NCBI GenBank assembly: GCA_963765495.1
Contig: CAVXWP010000007.1
Span: forward strand, 160,001 to 224,000
Length of the DNA: 64,000 nucleotides
Source of the DNA: Blastocatellia bacterium
GTDB lineage: Bacteria; Acidobacteriota; Blastocatellia; UBA7656
Reading direction: 5' to 3'
Under the pieces are notes generated by a model. The model saw only the letters and a list, made by a program, of their open reading frames with translations, was not told where the DNA came from and did no database searches. Below are positions 49,901 through 58,533 of this stretch, in pieces. Every line of letters begins with the position of its first letter. Within the stretch, counting starts at the first letter, position 1. The position numbers were made by a program, and so were the translations under genes.

Positions 49901-50405
49901 AGTTGAGCGCCTTGATGATTATCGTGTTGTCGGAGACGTTTGCGGCCTTGAGCGCCATCAGCACATAAGCCGTATCGAGCGCATCGCTTTCGTAATCCTC
50001 AGCGGTGCCCCATCCGCCGTCTGCGTTTTGAGAGGCAATCAGGACCGTGAGATCGGCTGACGTATCGCTCGTAGTACCCGTGAGCGCCGTGATTCGTTGA
50101 GCGTGAAACGGAGTGACTTCGACTGCTTGTGAAGCGAGAAATTGAATCGCGCTGGTCTGATTAGCCGAGGTCGTTGCCTCAAGCGCGCGCAGCGTCTCGA
50201 GCGCGGCAGCGGTAGTCGGCAGGCCATCGTTTAACGAGATAGCCGTGCCGCCCCAACTGCCGTCGGAGTTTTGGGTAACCCTGAGATAACTCAAGCCGCT
50301 GGATGTTGGTAATGACCGGCTGAAAATCTCATGCCCAGCGAGCAGAATCGAGATACTCACGAGTACGGCGATAGAAACAAGTGTAATTCTGCCATTTGAG
50401 TACAT
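43992..50405 (-). CDS. Giant secreted multidomain protein: prenyltransferase/squalene-cyclase repeats, Ca-binding DxDGDG repeats, Ig-like and CARDB domains, FG-GAP propeller, MopE-like motif, C-terminal beta-helix-like region
   Basis: 2137 aa; QNADGGW repeats; DTDADGMPD; PVITSQP..WTP repeats; DLDGDG repeats; DCDDTNPDVNPGRAEIPGNGLDDDC; repeated (T/I)LNG. Confidence 0.85.
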   Translation of the reverse strand: MYSNGRITLVSIAVLVSISILLAGHEIFSRSLPTSSGLSYLRVTQNSDGSWGGTAISLNDGLPTTAAALETLRALEATTSANQTSAIQFLASQAVEVTPFHAQRITALTGTTSDTSADLTVLIASQNADGGWGTAEDYESDALDTAYVLMALKAANVSDNTIIIKALNFLTRSQNADGGWALIKGEDSQVFYSAIALEALNGWRLQFFVSNNQARTIGYLRGRQNADGGYGAPSSTAFETASTLLAILGSGQPLTPADAAATNFLLNSQLANGSWVDDAYSTALALRAIAFPRDTDADGMPDDFEIANGLNPNDPSDATLDNDGDGLANLAEFRSGTDPNNRDTDGDGVEDMDELANGSDPRDPASHNRAPVITSQPVVSASEQQTYSYQALATDPDGDPISFELLQAPDGMTISPTGLVQWTPASNQLGNFNVIVKISDGRGGSALQQYKLNALALGIDFTVAGVDVSQTATDTDTLVITGNVRVNIENRGGSFFDGGFQVLLFEDQNNDGAYQSGVDKALGARAFNGNIASSGAASLDVPVSGIVTFRDNLIYAFVDSASQIPELDETNNIGSSGAESLYQPAPGDFEPKIEWEWTTPIQQGILHTPMVVPLIDTNNDGLINERDVPAVVAVPEGANSPLAVRGDTGAPIIAQTSGNRSLIAATHPPAVGDIDGDGRPEIVASNNTTLYCFNNDGSLKWSATPPVLRLSGISIADLDGDGHAEIMFGSAVYNSDGSLRFNRRTDPAGRDYLGGPSIGNAAQIAADLDGDGKQEIVVGPSAWDSDGNLIWVWYSTGVTIGQTTLVGTLDRGATTVNVQSNVLLDDCYTAVANLDDDPNPEIICVITNPGAFVASGVYGHSIVVFEHDGRLKSVSPLFINENGGNSYTLGPPTVADFDGDGRPEIAIVVQVVPSGIQIRRPFLNVYEYQSDNTLQLKWQKELLGDSNASRAFQVSAFDFDGDGAAEPVVLDQHRLYVLNGGDGSTLFEIGVDRANEPAVTSRYPAIADVDNDGSAEIIVPTFQGPEAGSPPRKGFIALKDTKDNWLNARRIWNQNRYYITNVNEDASIPREQKPNWQIFNTHLAQSPIDGVKPLAARDLTVSRVRINSQGCPATAGITARIGNGGSLHAGPGVRVNYFLGDPSAGGALIGTRQTSRALYPGDFEDVTLDWNAPVAGQIFVTVNDPPDTTLVQSNNLEHIPNTWAQGSGYLTNVVTGFNRNAWLGIDGNLNTHWQERPAGTNYVPTGPTFFEVRFPFPVNAASVQIENNLAPSLNEAFQGEATLTFSNGFSVNFTLDASGEGSVSFSEQQDISWIRLTSTSTKSQGAGLSEFIVAGSYAEPQFRINEGAGRLGNNKAASPLVTSPCDAAANQPPIITSAPVISASTGVAYSYQVESTDSNNDPLSPSLLAAPSGMTINATGLINWTPADNQFGDFAVTVQVSDGRGGTAEQSFIISVTAPAGTNSAPLIISTPVTSIVLGQSYQYDVEATDPDDDVLIFSMLQSPAGAAVDQFSGLVSWTPDPSQTGAQFFTLEAQDGRGGRALQSFTVDVLPSTTPLPPSPQDADLDGFDETVDCDDTNPDVNPGRAEIPGNGLDDDCNPTTPDVLSQNSASCSIVSDKRNYNSNSLAQLTVRVSNLSPDLTLAGLDALLTVTDPSEQNVFTTALPVDALSPNGRFKATVAFSTQTHQPGSYQTTLELRFGSSVVCGSQVSFAILSSDSQGKSLTGNIDAIPAEIERGNNSTFSYQVTNVGNLDLSALTLRALVVDASTSIVSQTLTDQISLNRGQSFTNSMTFSSSGVEAGDYLVILQGESSGASQTVDSTFLKITPSASPTVGGAVVRHAPQINGNSRVQGSVRLLTGENVTLNGGAVITTDLLVPGTPTVRLNGHPTLGSTVEGTGSAQPSGYQIRLNGNAQLGRLVTRTDPIAMPVVTAPPAATGTRDVALNGPGGNVGDFATLRDLTLNGNAGTFSVPPGTYRNFIANGNNGFVFGIAGSTQPAVYNLRSLILNGQSHLEIVGPVTLTVGTAVTLNGSMGSTGNPLWLTVKVATGGFTLNGGSTINGVVIAPAGTVIINGNSLLKGTVFCDRLTINGNGVLDGVGDIAPLSLRLGEPWRGLVTRTSVVRVAWGYGERRAPVR

Positions 50406-50426
50406 ATTGCATCGTGCCTCCGGTTG

Positions 50427-53400
50427 CTACCGTAGGAACACCAGCCAAGCCCCCAGACCGGTGAACCTCAAGTCGAAAGCCAGCAGCTCTCGGGCGCAGG
50501 TCGCATGAGGCGGTTTTGGACCTTCGACAAGACAAACGCCCAAATCGAATAGGACGGCAAATAACGCCGCATCGCTGCCGACAACTACTGCCAATTTCAG
50601 TAGCGTGGTTGTTAGCTCAGACACGGCGAGCAGCGCTCCTCCGATGGATGCTGCGATCAGGAATCCTACGGTCGCCACGGCTAGAAGAATAAAGCCCAGA
50701 GTCTCCCAGAACTCGGCATTGGCTAGGGCCTGCTGGCACAGTACCATGTCTGTGGGAGAAAGGTCAGGCAAGCACTCCAACCGACCTCCATGCGCTCGTC
50801 CGACAAGGTAAGCGGCATCTCCGGAAATTGGGTCCATGGTGATGTAGCCGTCTATTAGTTCTCCATCCATCACGGGGGGCCGTTGAGGGACGATTACGAC
50901 CCTGCCCGCATTCACTGCGTCGGAAATCGCTTCACTGGGATAGCTTTGGTCTATATGTGCCAGAGACATGTCGACGTTTTGAGAGTCTATTGCGTATATT
51001 GGTATTCCCTGCTGTGATGCTGAATTAATGGCGTTTGCCGCGCTAATCCCACCCGACGATGGTTCCTGTCCGAACACAATTTGAGGAATGACCTTTCCTT
51101 CCAGAAGCGATGAAATCAGACCTGCTGAAATATTGAAGTTCATCTCTTTGACAATGTCGCCATCGAGAGCGGTGGCTATGTGCAATTGTCGAGCGACGTC
51201 GAGAAAATATCCGCCAACTAGACCGCGTACTGGAACGCCCAATATTGACGAGAAAGTATAATCCGCGTAAGAGAACGCTAAAGAGGGGTACCGGGTGAAG
51301 CGAATTCCGAACCCTCTCGCGATTATGTTCGACCGGTTGTCGGCGGATAGAAACCAAGCAGATCGTATAAGATCATGGTATCTGCTATCTATGGCACCTG
51401 CGCTCAAGCCCTGACCATTTGCTGCCTCATATTGCTGCGCAAGTAAGTGCAGCCTATCTACACGGGTGAGGAAGGGTGTTTTCGAGGTTCCGGCGATATC
51501 CATGGTTATCCCATATTGTCCCCAGGCGACGAGATCAAGGGTGACAGGAGGAGTCTGAATTGTAGGTGCTGTAAACCCAATGGTGATCGTCTGCGCTTCA
51601 CCCATACCGACCCGATCCCCGGCATTGACAGTAATCCCGTCCAGCTTGATGAGAGGCCGGACGCTCACAAGGTAGGCTGGAATCGCATCCAACACATGCT
51701 GTGGGCTGGGTGGCGTAACAGAATTGACAATGTCAGATGGGAGAACACTCCTCACCAGATCGACATCCGCTTGTGTAGAAAATGTATAGTTGACAGAGAT
51801 GCTTTTGGAGCCAATTTCAGGCAGTGTCGTGGCAAATGTCAGGATCGCCCTTCCATCTTTGTCGGCGACAGTCAGTAAAAGCAAATGCCGCATTGCCGAT
51901 GTCAACTCCGAAACCGCGGGCCCCTTCGAGATGACTCTGTAGGGGCCGCTGTTGGGAACAACAGGAAGTTCTTTGGCGATAATAGAGCGCGTTACCAGAA
52001 GCGTGTCTGGATCGTTGCCCGGAAACGCGGCTGAAAACTTGTCGGCAATCGAATTGACCGTTGTTACTATGAATGCCTGGTCGATTCCGGTTACGAAACC
52101 TTCAGCTTCGTTTGTGATTGCAGTTGATTCTAAGTGATTGTTGAAGGCGGTCGGATCAAACCCGCTGGCTGCTAATAGATCGCTTCCGGAAGTGGATACA
52201 TGGAGTTTGAAGCTTGCGTCAATGTCAACCCAGCCATCTCCGTGAGCGTTGACGGCAGCTTCGGAAGGAGCATAATCTAAATACGCTTTAACCCAGACAT
52301 GCTCCATCCGCAGCGACCTCAAAACCCCACCTTGCTCCACAGTTCCAGCAGATGGCACCCCACCACTTGCCGCAAACCGCGCAGCGGCGCGAGAATCTGT
52401 GAAGCCGCCCAGCCAGTTCATCGCCTTATCTATCGGCACGTCAATCGTCCCCATCTGATAGCGAGCAGGAATGCCTGAATAGCGGAGCAAAGCAATCAGC
52501 AAGGATGATGTGTCGAAGGCATTGCCCGTGCGGTTCTCCATGCAAAGCTCGGCACCCTGTATGCTCCCCCATGTAGGCACGAACTCTATGTTGTTGCGAA
52601 CCCAGTTGAATATCTTTACGGGGTTGCGACCGAGGCTATCGGCCAGCTGCTGAATCTCAGGCGTGAACTTCACCTCTATTGTCTCTGCCAGATCGGCGGG
52701 CGTCGGCGGTGCGGTTGCCGCAAGTGTGATTGAGCCTTGTGCCTTGACGGACGATGGTTGAGCGGAGGCTGACGGGGCGGCTTCTTTCGCAAAGGCATTG
52801 AGCCATTCCTCCCGCGTGAGCTTGGGCGGGATAGGCTTGTCTGCTTTGAGCGCGCGGTGCGGCAGATTCTTTGGATCAAAATTGCTCTTGTGCGGGCGAG
52901 GGGTGTTCTCTTCCAGAAAGTTCAGGGTCTTTCCAATGACTCCGTCCCAATCCACTTTCTTGTTTGCGCCTGTGAATTTCGACCAGAAACCTGTAGCAGC
53001 TTCGTGTGCTGATTCGATACCATCGAGGTCGGCCATCAATGCTTCATACCTGGCCCTGTATTCGCTGGCGAACTGTTTATGCCGACTCAGGATTTCATCG
53101 GGGAGCTTTTTCCGCTCCATGAAATCTTCGAGACCGTCGAAATACTCCTGAATCTTTTCGTCTTCCTCGGCCAGGCGCTCCTTTAACCTGATGACCTTTT
53201 CGATGTCCGCGAATCCTTTCTCTGGTGCTGTCTTCGCCTTAGCGCCTCCCTGTCTGACCACCTCTTTGAGTTCCGAGAGCAGATCGTCGAAACGGCTCTC
53301 CAGACTTGAGAGAGGAACTGTGCGATTCGCGTGGGCGGCGTAATTCTCTGCATTAATGCGACCGCCGCCATACAGCCAGATCATCAAAACTAAGAGAACC

Positions 53401-53438
53401 CAGATGGTGGATTTAACTCGGTGCGAAGTGCGTTTCAT
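50427..53438 (-). CDS. Secreted transglutaminase-like domain protein (catalytic Cys position = Ala) with hydrophobic C-terminal tip
   Basis: IFNWVRNNIEF..GNAFDTSSLLIALLR..GIPARY..EHVWV..WVDID; start ATG 53438 after AGGAG. Confidence 0.82.
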   Translation of the reverse strand: MKRTSHRVKSTIWVLLVLMIWLYGGGRINAENYAAHANRTVPLSSLESRFDDLLSELKEVVRQGGAKAKTAPEKGFADIEKVIRLKERLAEEDEKIQEYFDGLEDFMERKKLPDEILSRHKQFASEYRARYEALMADLDGIESAHEAATGFWSKFTGANKKVDWDGVIGKTLNFLEENTPRPHKSNFDPKNLPHRALKADKPIPPKLTREEWLNAFAKEAAPSASAQPSSVKAQGSITLAATAPPTPADLAETIEVKFTPEIQQLADSLGRNPVKIFNWVRNNIEFVPTWGSIQGAELCMENRTGNAFDTSSLLIALLRYSGIPARYQMGTIDVPIDKAMNWLGGFTDSRAAARFAASGGVPSAGTVEQGGVLRSLRMEHVWVKAYLDYAPSEAAVNAHGDGWVDIDASFKLHVSTSGSDLLAASGFDPTAFNNHLESTAITNEAEGFVTGIDQAFIVTTVNSIADKFSAAFPGNDPDTLLVTRSIIAKELPVVPNSGPYRVISKGPAVSELTSAMRHLLLLTVADKDGRAILTFATTLPEIGSKSISVNYTFSTQADVDLVRSVLPSDIVNSVTPPSPQHVLDAIPAYLVSVRPLIKLDGITVNAGDRVGMGEAQTITIGFTAPTIQTPPVTLDLVAWGQYGITMDIAGTSKTPFLTRVDRLHLLAQQYEAANGQGLSAGAIDSRYHDLIRSAWFLSADNRSNIIARGFGIRFTRYPSLAFSYADYTFSSILGVPVRGLVGGYFLDVARQLHIATALDGDIVKEMNFNISAGLISSLLEGKVIPQIVFGQEPSSGGISAANAINSASQQGIPIYAIDSQNVDMSLAHIDQSYPSEAISDAVNAGRVVIVPQRPPVMDGELIDGYITMDPISGDAAYLVGRAHGGRLECLPDLSPTDMVLCQQALANAEFWETLGFILLAVATVGFLIAASIGGALLAVSELTTTLLKLAVVVGSDAALFAVLFDLGVCLVEGPKPPHATCARELLAFDLRFTGLGAWLVFLR

Positions 53439-53662
53439 TTTATCTCTCCTCGAAATCGACGGACCCGTATTGAAACCGCTACGGAACGCGTATAAGAGGG
53501 CATCAGATTTATTTTCCCTCTGTTTATTACCGCGTAAGAGGCCGGGAAAAGGTATCATTCGGCTTTAGATTTTCTTACCGGCGGGTTTATCATTAATTGA
53601 ATCTGGCAAGTAAAAATTTCGCGCCCTGACAACATTGACCTGTAACGAGGAAGTGTGCGGTT

Positions 53663-54235
53663 ATGGGTTCCAAGCAAAATGTGACCGAACTTCTCAACGC
53701 CTGGACCGACGGCGACCAGGATGCGCTCGATCAGTTAATGCCGATGGTCTACGAGGAGTTGCATCGCCTGGCTGCCAGACGCCTGCAAACCGAACGCAAA
53801 GACCACACGCTTCAAACGACGGCCCTGGTTCACGAGGCCTATTTGCGGCTCGTGGGCCAGAAGGATGTTCGCTGGAAGAATCGCGGCCATTTTTTCGCTA
53901 TAGCCGCACAATTGATGCGTCGAATACTCGTAGATTACGCTCGGAGTCACAAGGCGGAAAAGCGCGGCGCAGGCCGGACTAAGATCGCGCTCGAAAAGGC
54001 CGAAGCTCTCTCCGGTGGACCCGATGTGGATATGGTCGCGCTCGATGAGGCGATGACAAGACTCGAAGCCATTGACCCGCGCCAGGGCCGCATCGTAGAG
54101 ATGAAATTCTTTGCCGGACTGAGGATCGAAGAGATAGCCGAATTTCTGAACCTTTCAGAGATAACGGTCAAACGCGACCTGCGGATGGCAAAGGCATGGC
54201 TCAAGAGCGAAATGTCATCAACTCCCGGTCCCTAG
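53663..54235 (+). CDS. ECF sigma factor (TIGR02999-like, kinase-associated)
   Basis: VTELL, VYEELHRLA, HTLQTTALVHEAYLRL, MRRILVDYAR, TVKRDLRMAKAWL. Confidence 0.93.
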   Translation: MGSKQNVTELLNAWTDGDQDALDQLMPMVYEELHRLAARRLQTERKDHTLQTTALVHEAYLRLVGQKDVRWKNRGHFFAIAAQLMRRILVDYARSHKAEKRGAGRTKIALEKAEALSGGPDVDMVALDEAMTRLEAIDPRQGRIVEMKFFAGLRIEEIAEFLNLSEITVKRDLRMAKAWLKSEMSSTPGP

Positions 54236-54272
54236 CTCTCAGAGCTTAGCTGAATGCTCCGACCAATTACCG

Positions 54273-56963
54273 ATGAACAGAGAGCGCTGGCAAAAACTCA
54301 AAGAGATTTTTCACTCGGCCCTTGAGCTTGAAGCCGATGAGCGCGCCCGCTTTATTGAAGAAGTCTGCGCCGACGATGAAGAGTTGAAGGAAGAGGTTGA
54401 ATCCCTCCTCGCCCATGATGAAGATGGCAATGACTCGATTGAAGAGATTGCCCTCGAAATCGCTGCGAGGCTGGTTTCGGACAATGCGGTTGATCGGGAC
54501 ACGGGCAGAATAATCGGCTCTTACAGGGTCATCGGCGAGATCAGCCAGGGCGGGATGGGCACCATCCTGCTCGCCGCTCGCGCCGATGACCAGTTTCAGA
54601 AGCTTGTGGCCATCAAGCTCGTCAAGCGCGGCATGGACACCGATTTCATTGTCAGCCGTTTCCTGAGCGAGCGACAGATACTCGCAGGCTTCGATCACCC
54701 GAACGTTGCGCGGCTCTTCGACGGCGGCGCGACCGATGACGGCCTGCCTTACTTCGTGATGGAGTACATCGAAGGCGTCGCGATTGATGAGTATTGCGAT
54801 GAGCAAAGGTTGAGTATAACAGAGCGATTGAAGCTCTTTCTCACGGTCTGTTCAGCCGTCGAGTACGCGCACAAAAAGCGAGTCATTCATCGAGACCTCA
54901 AACCCACTAATATTCTCGTCACGCCAGAAGGCGTGCCCAAGCTGCTCGATTTCGGCATAGCCAAGCTGCTTGAACCGGATTATGCGGAAGAAGCGGAGAA
55001 TCGCACAAAGACCGCCGCGCGTTTTGTGACGCCAAGCCACGCAAGCCCCGAGCAACTTCGCGGCGAGAGCGTCACTGTTGCAAGCGACGTATACTCGCTC
55101 GGCGTTCTGTTTTACGAATTGCTTACGGGGCATCGTCCATACGAACTGAAGAGTAAAACCGGAGAGGAGATCATCCGGGTCGTCTGCGAAGAGACGCCCG
55201 GAAATCCGAGCTCTGTAGTCACCCGCACAAGAGAGGCTATCCGGGGCGATGAAACCATCACGCTCACGCCCGAGCAGGTGAGCTTCACGCGCGCAAGCAG
55301 CGTAGAGAAACTCCGCCGAAGACTTGCGGGCGATCTGGATATGATTGCGCTGATGGCTTTGAGGAAAGAGCCTGAACGGCGATACCAATCCGTCGAAGAG
55401 TTTTCTGATGACATCCGGCGCCACCTCGAACGCTTGCCTGTTCGGGCGCAAAAAGACAGGCTCCCTTATCGCGGCATGAAGTTCATCCGCCGACACAGTG
55501 CGCTCGTGATTGCGGTCGCCTTGAGCGCGCTCGTCATCGCATCAGTCATCGTGTTTTCGCTCCTGTGGGTTTCGAGCAGGATAAACAAGGCAGCGCCCGG
55601 CAAGGCCAACTCGATAGCCGTGCTGCCATTTACAGTCGAAGGCGATGAAGAACTGGGAGAAGAGATGGCCGATGCCCTCTCTGCGCGACTGAGCCGTATC
55701 GGGCGTATAATTGTCGCTCCGGCGAGCGCCGTCACCCAATACAATAGATCAGACCAGGGCCCGGCTGAAGCGGGCAGAAGACTCGGCGTGGGGATGGCGC
55801 TTTCTGGCCGAGCAGAGTTGAAAGATCAGTGGATCAGCGTGAACTTGCAGTTGTTCGGTGTATCAGACGGGTCGCTGCTGTGGTCCGAACGGTTCGAAGA
55901 AGATTTCTCTGATAGACTGGCAGCCGAAAACGCGATTGCAGAAAGGGTCGCAGGGGCCATCGCGCTCGAACTCACAGGCGAGGAGAAGAGGCTCTTTGTA
56001 AAGAGATATACAGACAATCCAGAGGCATACCAACTTTACATGAAAGGACGCTTTTTCTGGAATAAACGCACGGAAGAGGGCATAAATAAAAGCATTGAGT
56101 ACTTCGAGAAGGCGATTGAATTAGACCCTCAATACGCTCTGGCTTATGCGGGTATGGCAGAATCCTATGCCATCACGAATCTTTACAGCGTCAACCAGAT
56201 AAAGGACGCCGATCCAAAGGCGAGAGAAGCGGCCGTAAAAGCCCTTGCCATAGATGACTCGCTGGCAGAGGCCCATACGGCGCTGGCCTATATCAAAGAG
56301 CAATATGATTGGGACTTCGCTGGCGCTGAGAGAGAATTCAAGCGGGCACTCGAATTGAACCCGAACTACGCGACGGCTCACCACTGGTATAGCGAATACC
56401 TGGCAATGATGGGCCGCACAGAAGAGAGCATCTATCATATCAGGCAGGCGCAGCGGCTCGACCCGACTTCGCTCATCATCAACACGCAGGCCGGTTTTCC
56501 TTACATCTGTGCGCGGAGATACGACGAAGCGATGCGTGAGTATCAAAAGGCGCTCGAAATGGACCCGAACTTTCCTACAGCGAGGATTTATCTGGCGCGG
56601 TGCTATGAGGTAAAAGCGATGTGCGAAGAGGCCATAGCGGAATACAAGAAGGCTTCCGGCACAGGCTCGCTCACGCTGGCGAAGCTGGGATGCGCTTACG
56701 CCGCTTGTGGGAAAAAGAGAGAGGCCAGGGAAGTATTGAACGAACTGATGAAGCTATCGAAGCAGCGTTACATCTCTCCTTACAACATAGCAGTGCTTCA
56801 CGCCGCTCTTGGAGAAAAAGACGCTGCCTTCGCGTCGCTGGCAAAAGCTTATGAAGATAGAGATGCTATGCTGGTTACGCTCAAGGTCGACAGAAGCCTT
56901 GATGGCCTGCGCTCGGACCCGCGTTTCGATGACCTGCTGCGACGTGTCGGTCTTGTGCATTGA
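54273..56963 (+). CDS. Ser/Thr kinase with TM helix, TolB_N-like domain and TPR repeats
   Basis: ERWQKLKEIF leader, VAIK, HRDLKPTN, DFG, SIAVLPF, EAYQLYMKGRFFWNKR TPRs. Confidence 0.92.
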   Translation: MNRERWQKLKEIFHSALELEADERARFIEEVCADDEELKEEVESLLAHDEDGNDSIEEIALEIAARLVSDNAVDRDTGRIIGSYRVIGEISQGGMGTILLAARADDQFQKLVAIKLVKRGMDTDFIVSRFLSERQILAGFDHPNVARLFDGGATDDGLPYFVMEYIEGVAIDEYCDEQRLSITERLKLFLTVCSAVEYAHKKRVIHRDLKPTNILVTPEGVPKLLDFGIAKLLEPDYAEEAENRTKTAARFVTPSHASPEQLRGESVTVASDVYSLGVLFYELLTGHRPYELKSKTGEEIIRVVCEETPGNPSSVVTRTREAIRGDETITLTPEQVSFTRASSVEKLRRRLAGDLDMIALMALRKEPERRYQSVEEFSDDIRRHLERLPVRAQKDRLPYRGMKFIRRHSALVIAVALSALVIASVIVFSLLWVSSRINKAAPGKANSIAVLPFTVEGDEELGEEMADALSARLSRIGRIIVAPASAVTQYNRSDQGPAEAGRRLGVGMALSGRAELKDQWISVNLQLFGVSDGSLLWSERFEEDFSDRLAAENAIAERVAGAIALELTGEEKRLFVKRYTDNPEAYQLYMKGRFFWNKRTEEGINKSIEYFEKAIELDPQYALAYAGMAESYAITNLYSVNQIKDADPKAREAAVKALAIDDSLAEAHTALAYIKEQYDWDFAGAEREFKRALELNPNYATAHHWYSEYLAMMGRTEESIYHIRQAQRLDPTSLIINTQAGFPYICARRYDEAMREYQKALEMDPNFPTARIYLARCYEVKAMCEEAIAEYKKASGTGSLTLAKLGCAYAACGKKREAREVLNELMKLSKQRYISPYNIAVLHAALGEKDAAFASLAKAYEDRDAMLVTLKVDRSLDGLRSDPRFDDLLRRVGLVH

Positions 56964-57080
56964 TTGGAGGCACTAATACACGATTTCACTATTTCTTTGC
57001 GCGCCATCCGGCCCCTCTGTATAATTGGTTGCGGCTGGTTCACAGCCTATACGTAATAACCAAGGAGTGAGATTTAGATT

Positions 57081-57500
57081 ATGCGCAAAGTAGCTGTTGT
57101 TCTGTTCCTGCTGACGATGTTTGCGAGCGCTGTAGCGGTTAAGGCCTCCGACGGTGATAAGAAAGAGAAGGCCGTCACAAACAAGAAGTGCCCCGTCATG
57201 GGTGCCTCAGTCAGCGAAAAATATCGCACCGAGTACAAAGGCCAGTACGTCTATTTCTGCTGTCAGGGTTGCATCAGCATGTTTGAAAAAGACCCTGAGA
57301 CCTATATCGCAAAGCTCTCTGCGGAGGATCAGGAAGCGATCAAGCCAAATGCGGTCTGCCCGATGACGAAAGAACCTATCGAAGACCACACGCGCTTTGT
57401 CGAATATGAAGGTCGCAAGGTCTATTTTTGCTGCGACGGCTGCGTAGAGATGTTCAAGAAACAGATGGCTGAAAAGTCTGCTGAAACGAAGACAAATTAA
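57081..57500 (+). CDS. Secreted tandem YHS-domain (metal-binding) protein
   Basis: Signal peptide; two CP(V/M)..Y.G..VYFCC..C repeats. Confidence 0.85.
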   Translation: MRKVAVVLFLLTMFASAVAVKASDGDKKEKAVTNKKCPVMGASVSEKYRTEYKGQYVYFCCQGCISMFEKDPETYIAKLSAEDQEAIKPNAVCPMTKEPIEDHTRFVEYEGRKVYFCCDGCVEMFKKQMAEKSAETKTN

Positions 57501-57630
57501 GTCATCCGCTCCCGACTTTGAAAACCTACGAAAAGATCGAATTGAAAGACGAGAGGCGGTGGGCGACCGGGGTGATGGATTTCGCAGTTTCGGTCGGCGC
57601 TCGCCGCTTTTTCTTTGGAGGTATGAATCA

Positions 57631-58275
57631 ATGAGTCAAAATCAGGCTGCGGCCCCGCCTCACTCGCGCTTGAAAATCTTATCGCTTGCAGTGGTGCTTT
57701 GCTCCGTCTGGTTTGCCGCGTGCAGCGGGGATACGGCCAATCAGAATACCGGCAATCAATCGTCTGCCCCGGCAGCAAAAGGGGCTTCTTCGGGGCCGAA
57801 TTCGACGGCGGTGATTGAGACCGATCTCGGCAACATCAAAATCGAATTGCTGAAAGATCAGGCCCCCGCAACCGCTGACAACTTCGAAGCGCTTGCAAAA
57901 AGCGGTTTCTATAACGGGCTGATATTTCATCGCACGGTCAGAGGATTTATGATTCAGGGCGGCGACCCGAACGGCAACGGTACCGGCGGACGCACCGCAA
58001 CCGGCACGCCGCTCCCGAATGAAGTGGATAGAACCTCCCCGCTTTATCAGGGCGGCTATGCTCGCGGGATGGTTGCAATGGCCAACAAGGGAAGGCCGGA
58101 AACGGCTACGAGCCAGTTCTTCATAATGCATCAGAATTACCCGCTGCCTCCGAATTACACCATATTCGGGCGCGTGACCGAGGGGATGGATGTAGTGGAC
58201 AAGATCGCCACCGCGCCGGTTAATGGTGAGCGTCCCGCAAATCCGGTCGTGATGAAAAAGGTTTACATACAGTGA
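57631..58275 (+). CDS. Cyclophilin-type peptidyl-prolyl isomerase (lipoprotein-like)
   Basis: FAAC lipobox-like; FYNGLIFHR..FMIQGGDP, AMAN, SQFFI, YTIFGRV. Confidence 0.93.
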   Translation: MSQNQAAAPPHSRLKILSLAVVLCSVWFAACSGDTANQNTGNQSSAPAAKGASSGPNSTAVIETDLGNIKIELLKDQAPATADNFEALAKSGFYNGLIFHRTVRGFMIQGGDPNGNGTGGRTATGTPLPNEVDRTSPLYQGGYARGMVAMANKGRPETATSQFFIMHQNYPLPPNYTIFGRVTEGMDVVDKIATAPVNGERPANPVVMKKVYIQ

Positions 58276-58357
58276 ACCTTGAGTGGTAAGCCCTGACCGG
58301 GATCTGCCGCTCAGGATTTGACAGTAGCTGGTATCCATTCAGAAAGGGAGGGAATTT

Positions 58358-58424
58358 GCCACCGCAGGCACAAAGACACAGAGCTTTATTAAAATCTTTC
58401 TCTGTGTCTTTGTGTCTCTGTGGC
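58358..58424. repeat. GCCACAGAG nonamer-type inverted element
   Basis: gccaccgcaggcacaaagacacagag..ctctgtgtctttgtgtctctgtggc. Confidence 0.82.
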
Positions 58425-58533
58425 TATTCTGAAACTCTTACGATGAGTGGACAGGCTCGAAATGTTCTGCTATTTTGCCATTCATTGCCGCGCGTGTGAC
58501 TCGCTTCGTCAGTGAAGGTGAAAGGGGAAAGTA

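Noticed and set aside
49550-50290. Active squalene-hopene cyclase
   Set aside because: Only QxxDGGW structural repeats are present, in an exported protein; no DXDD catalytic motif was seen.
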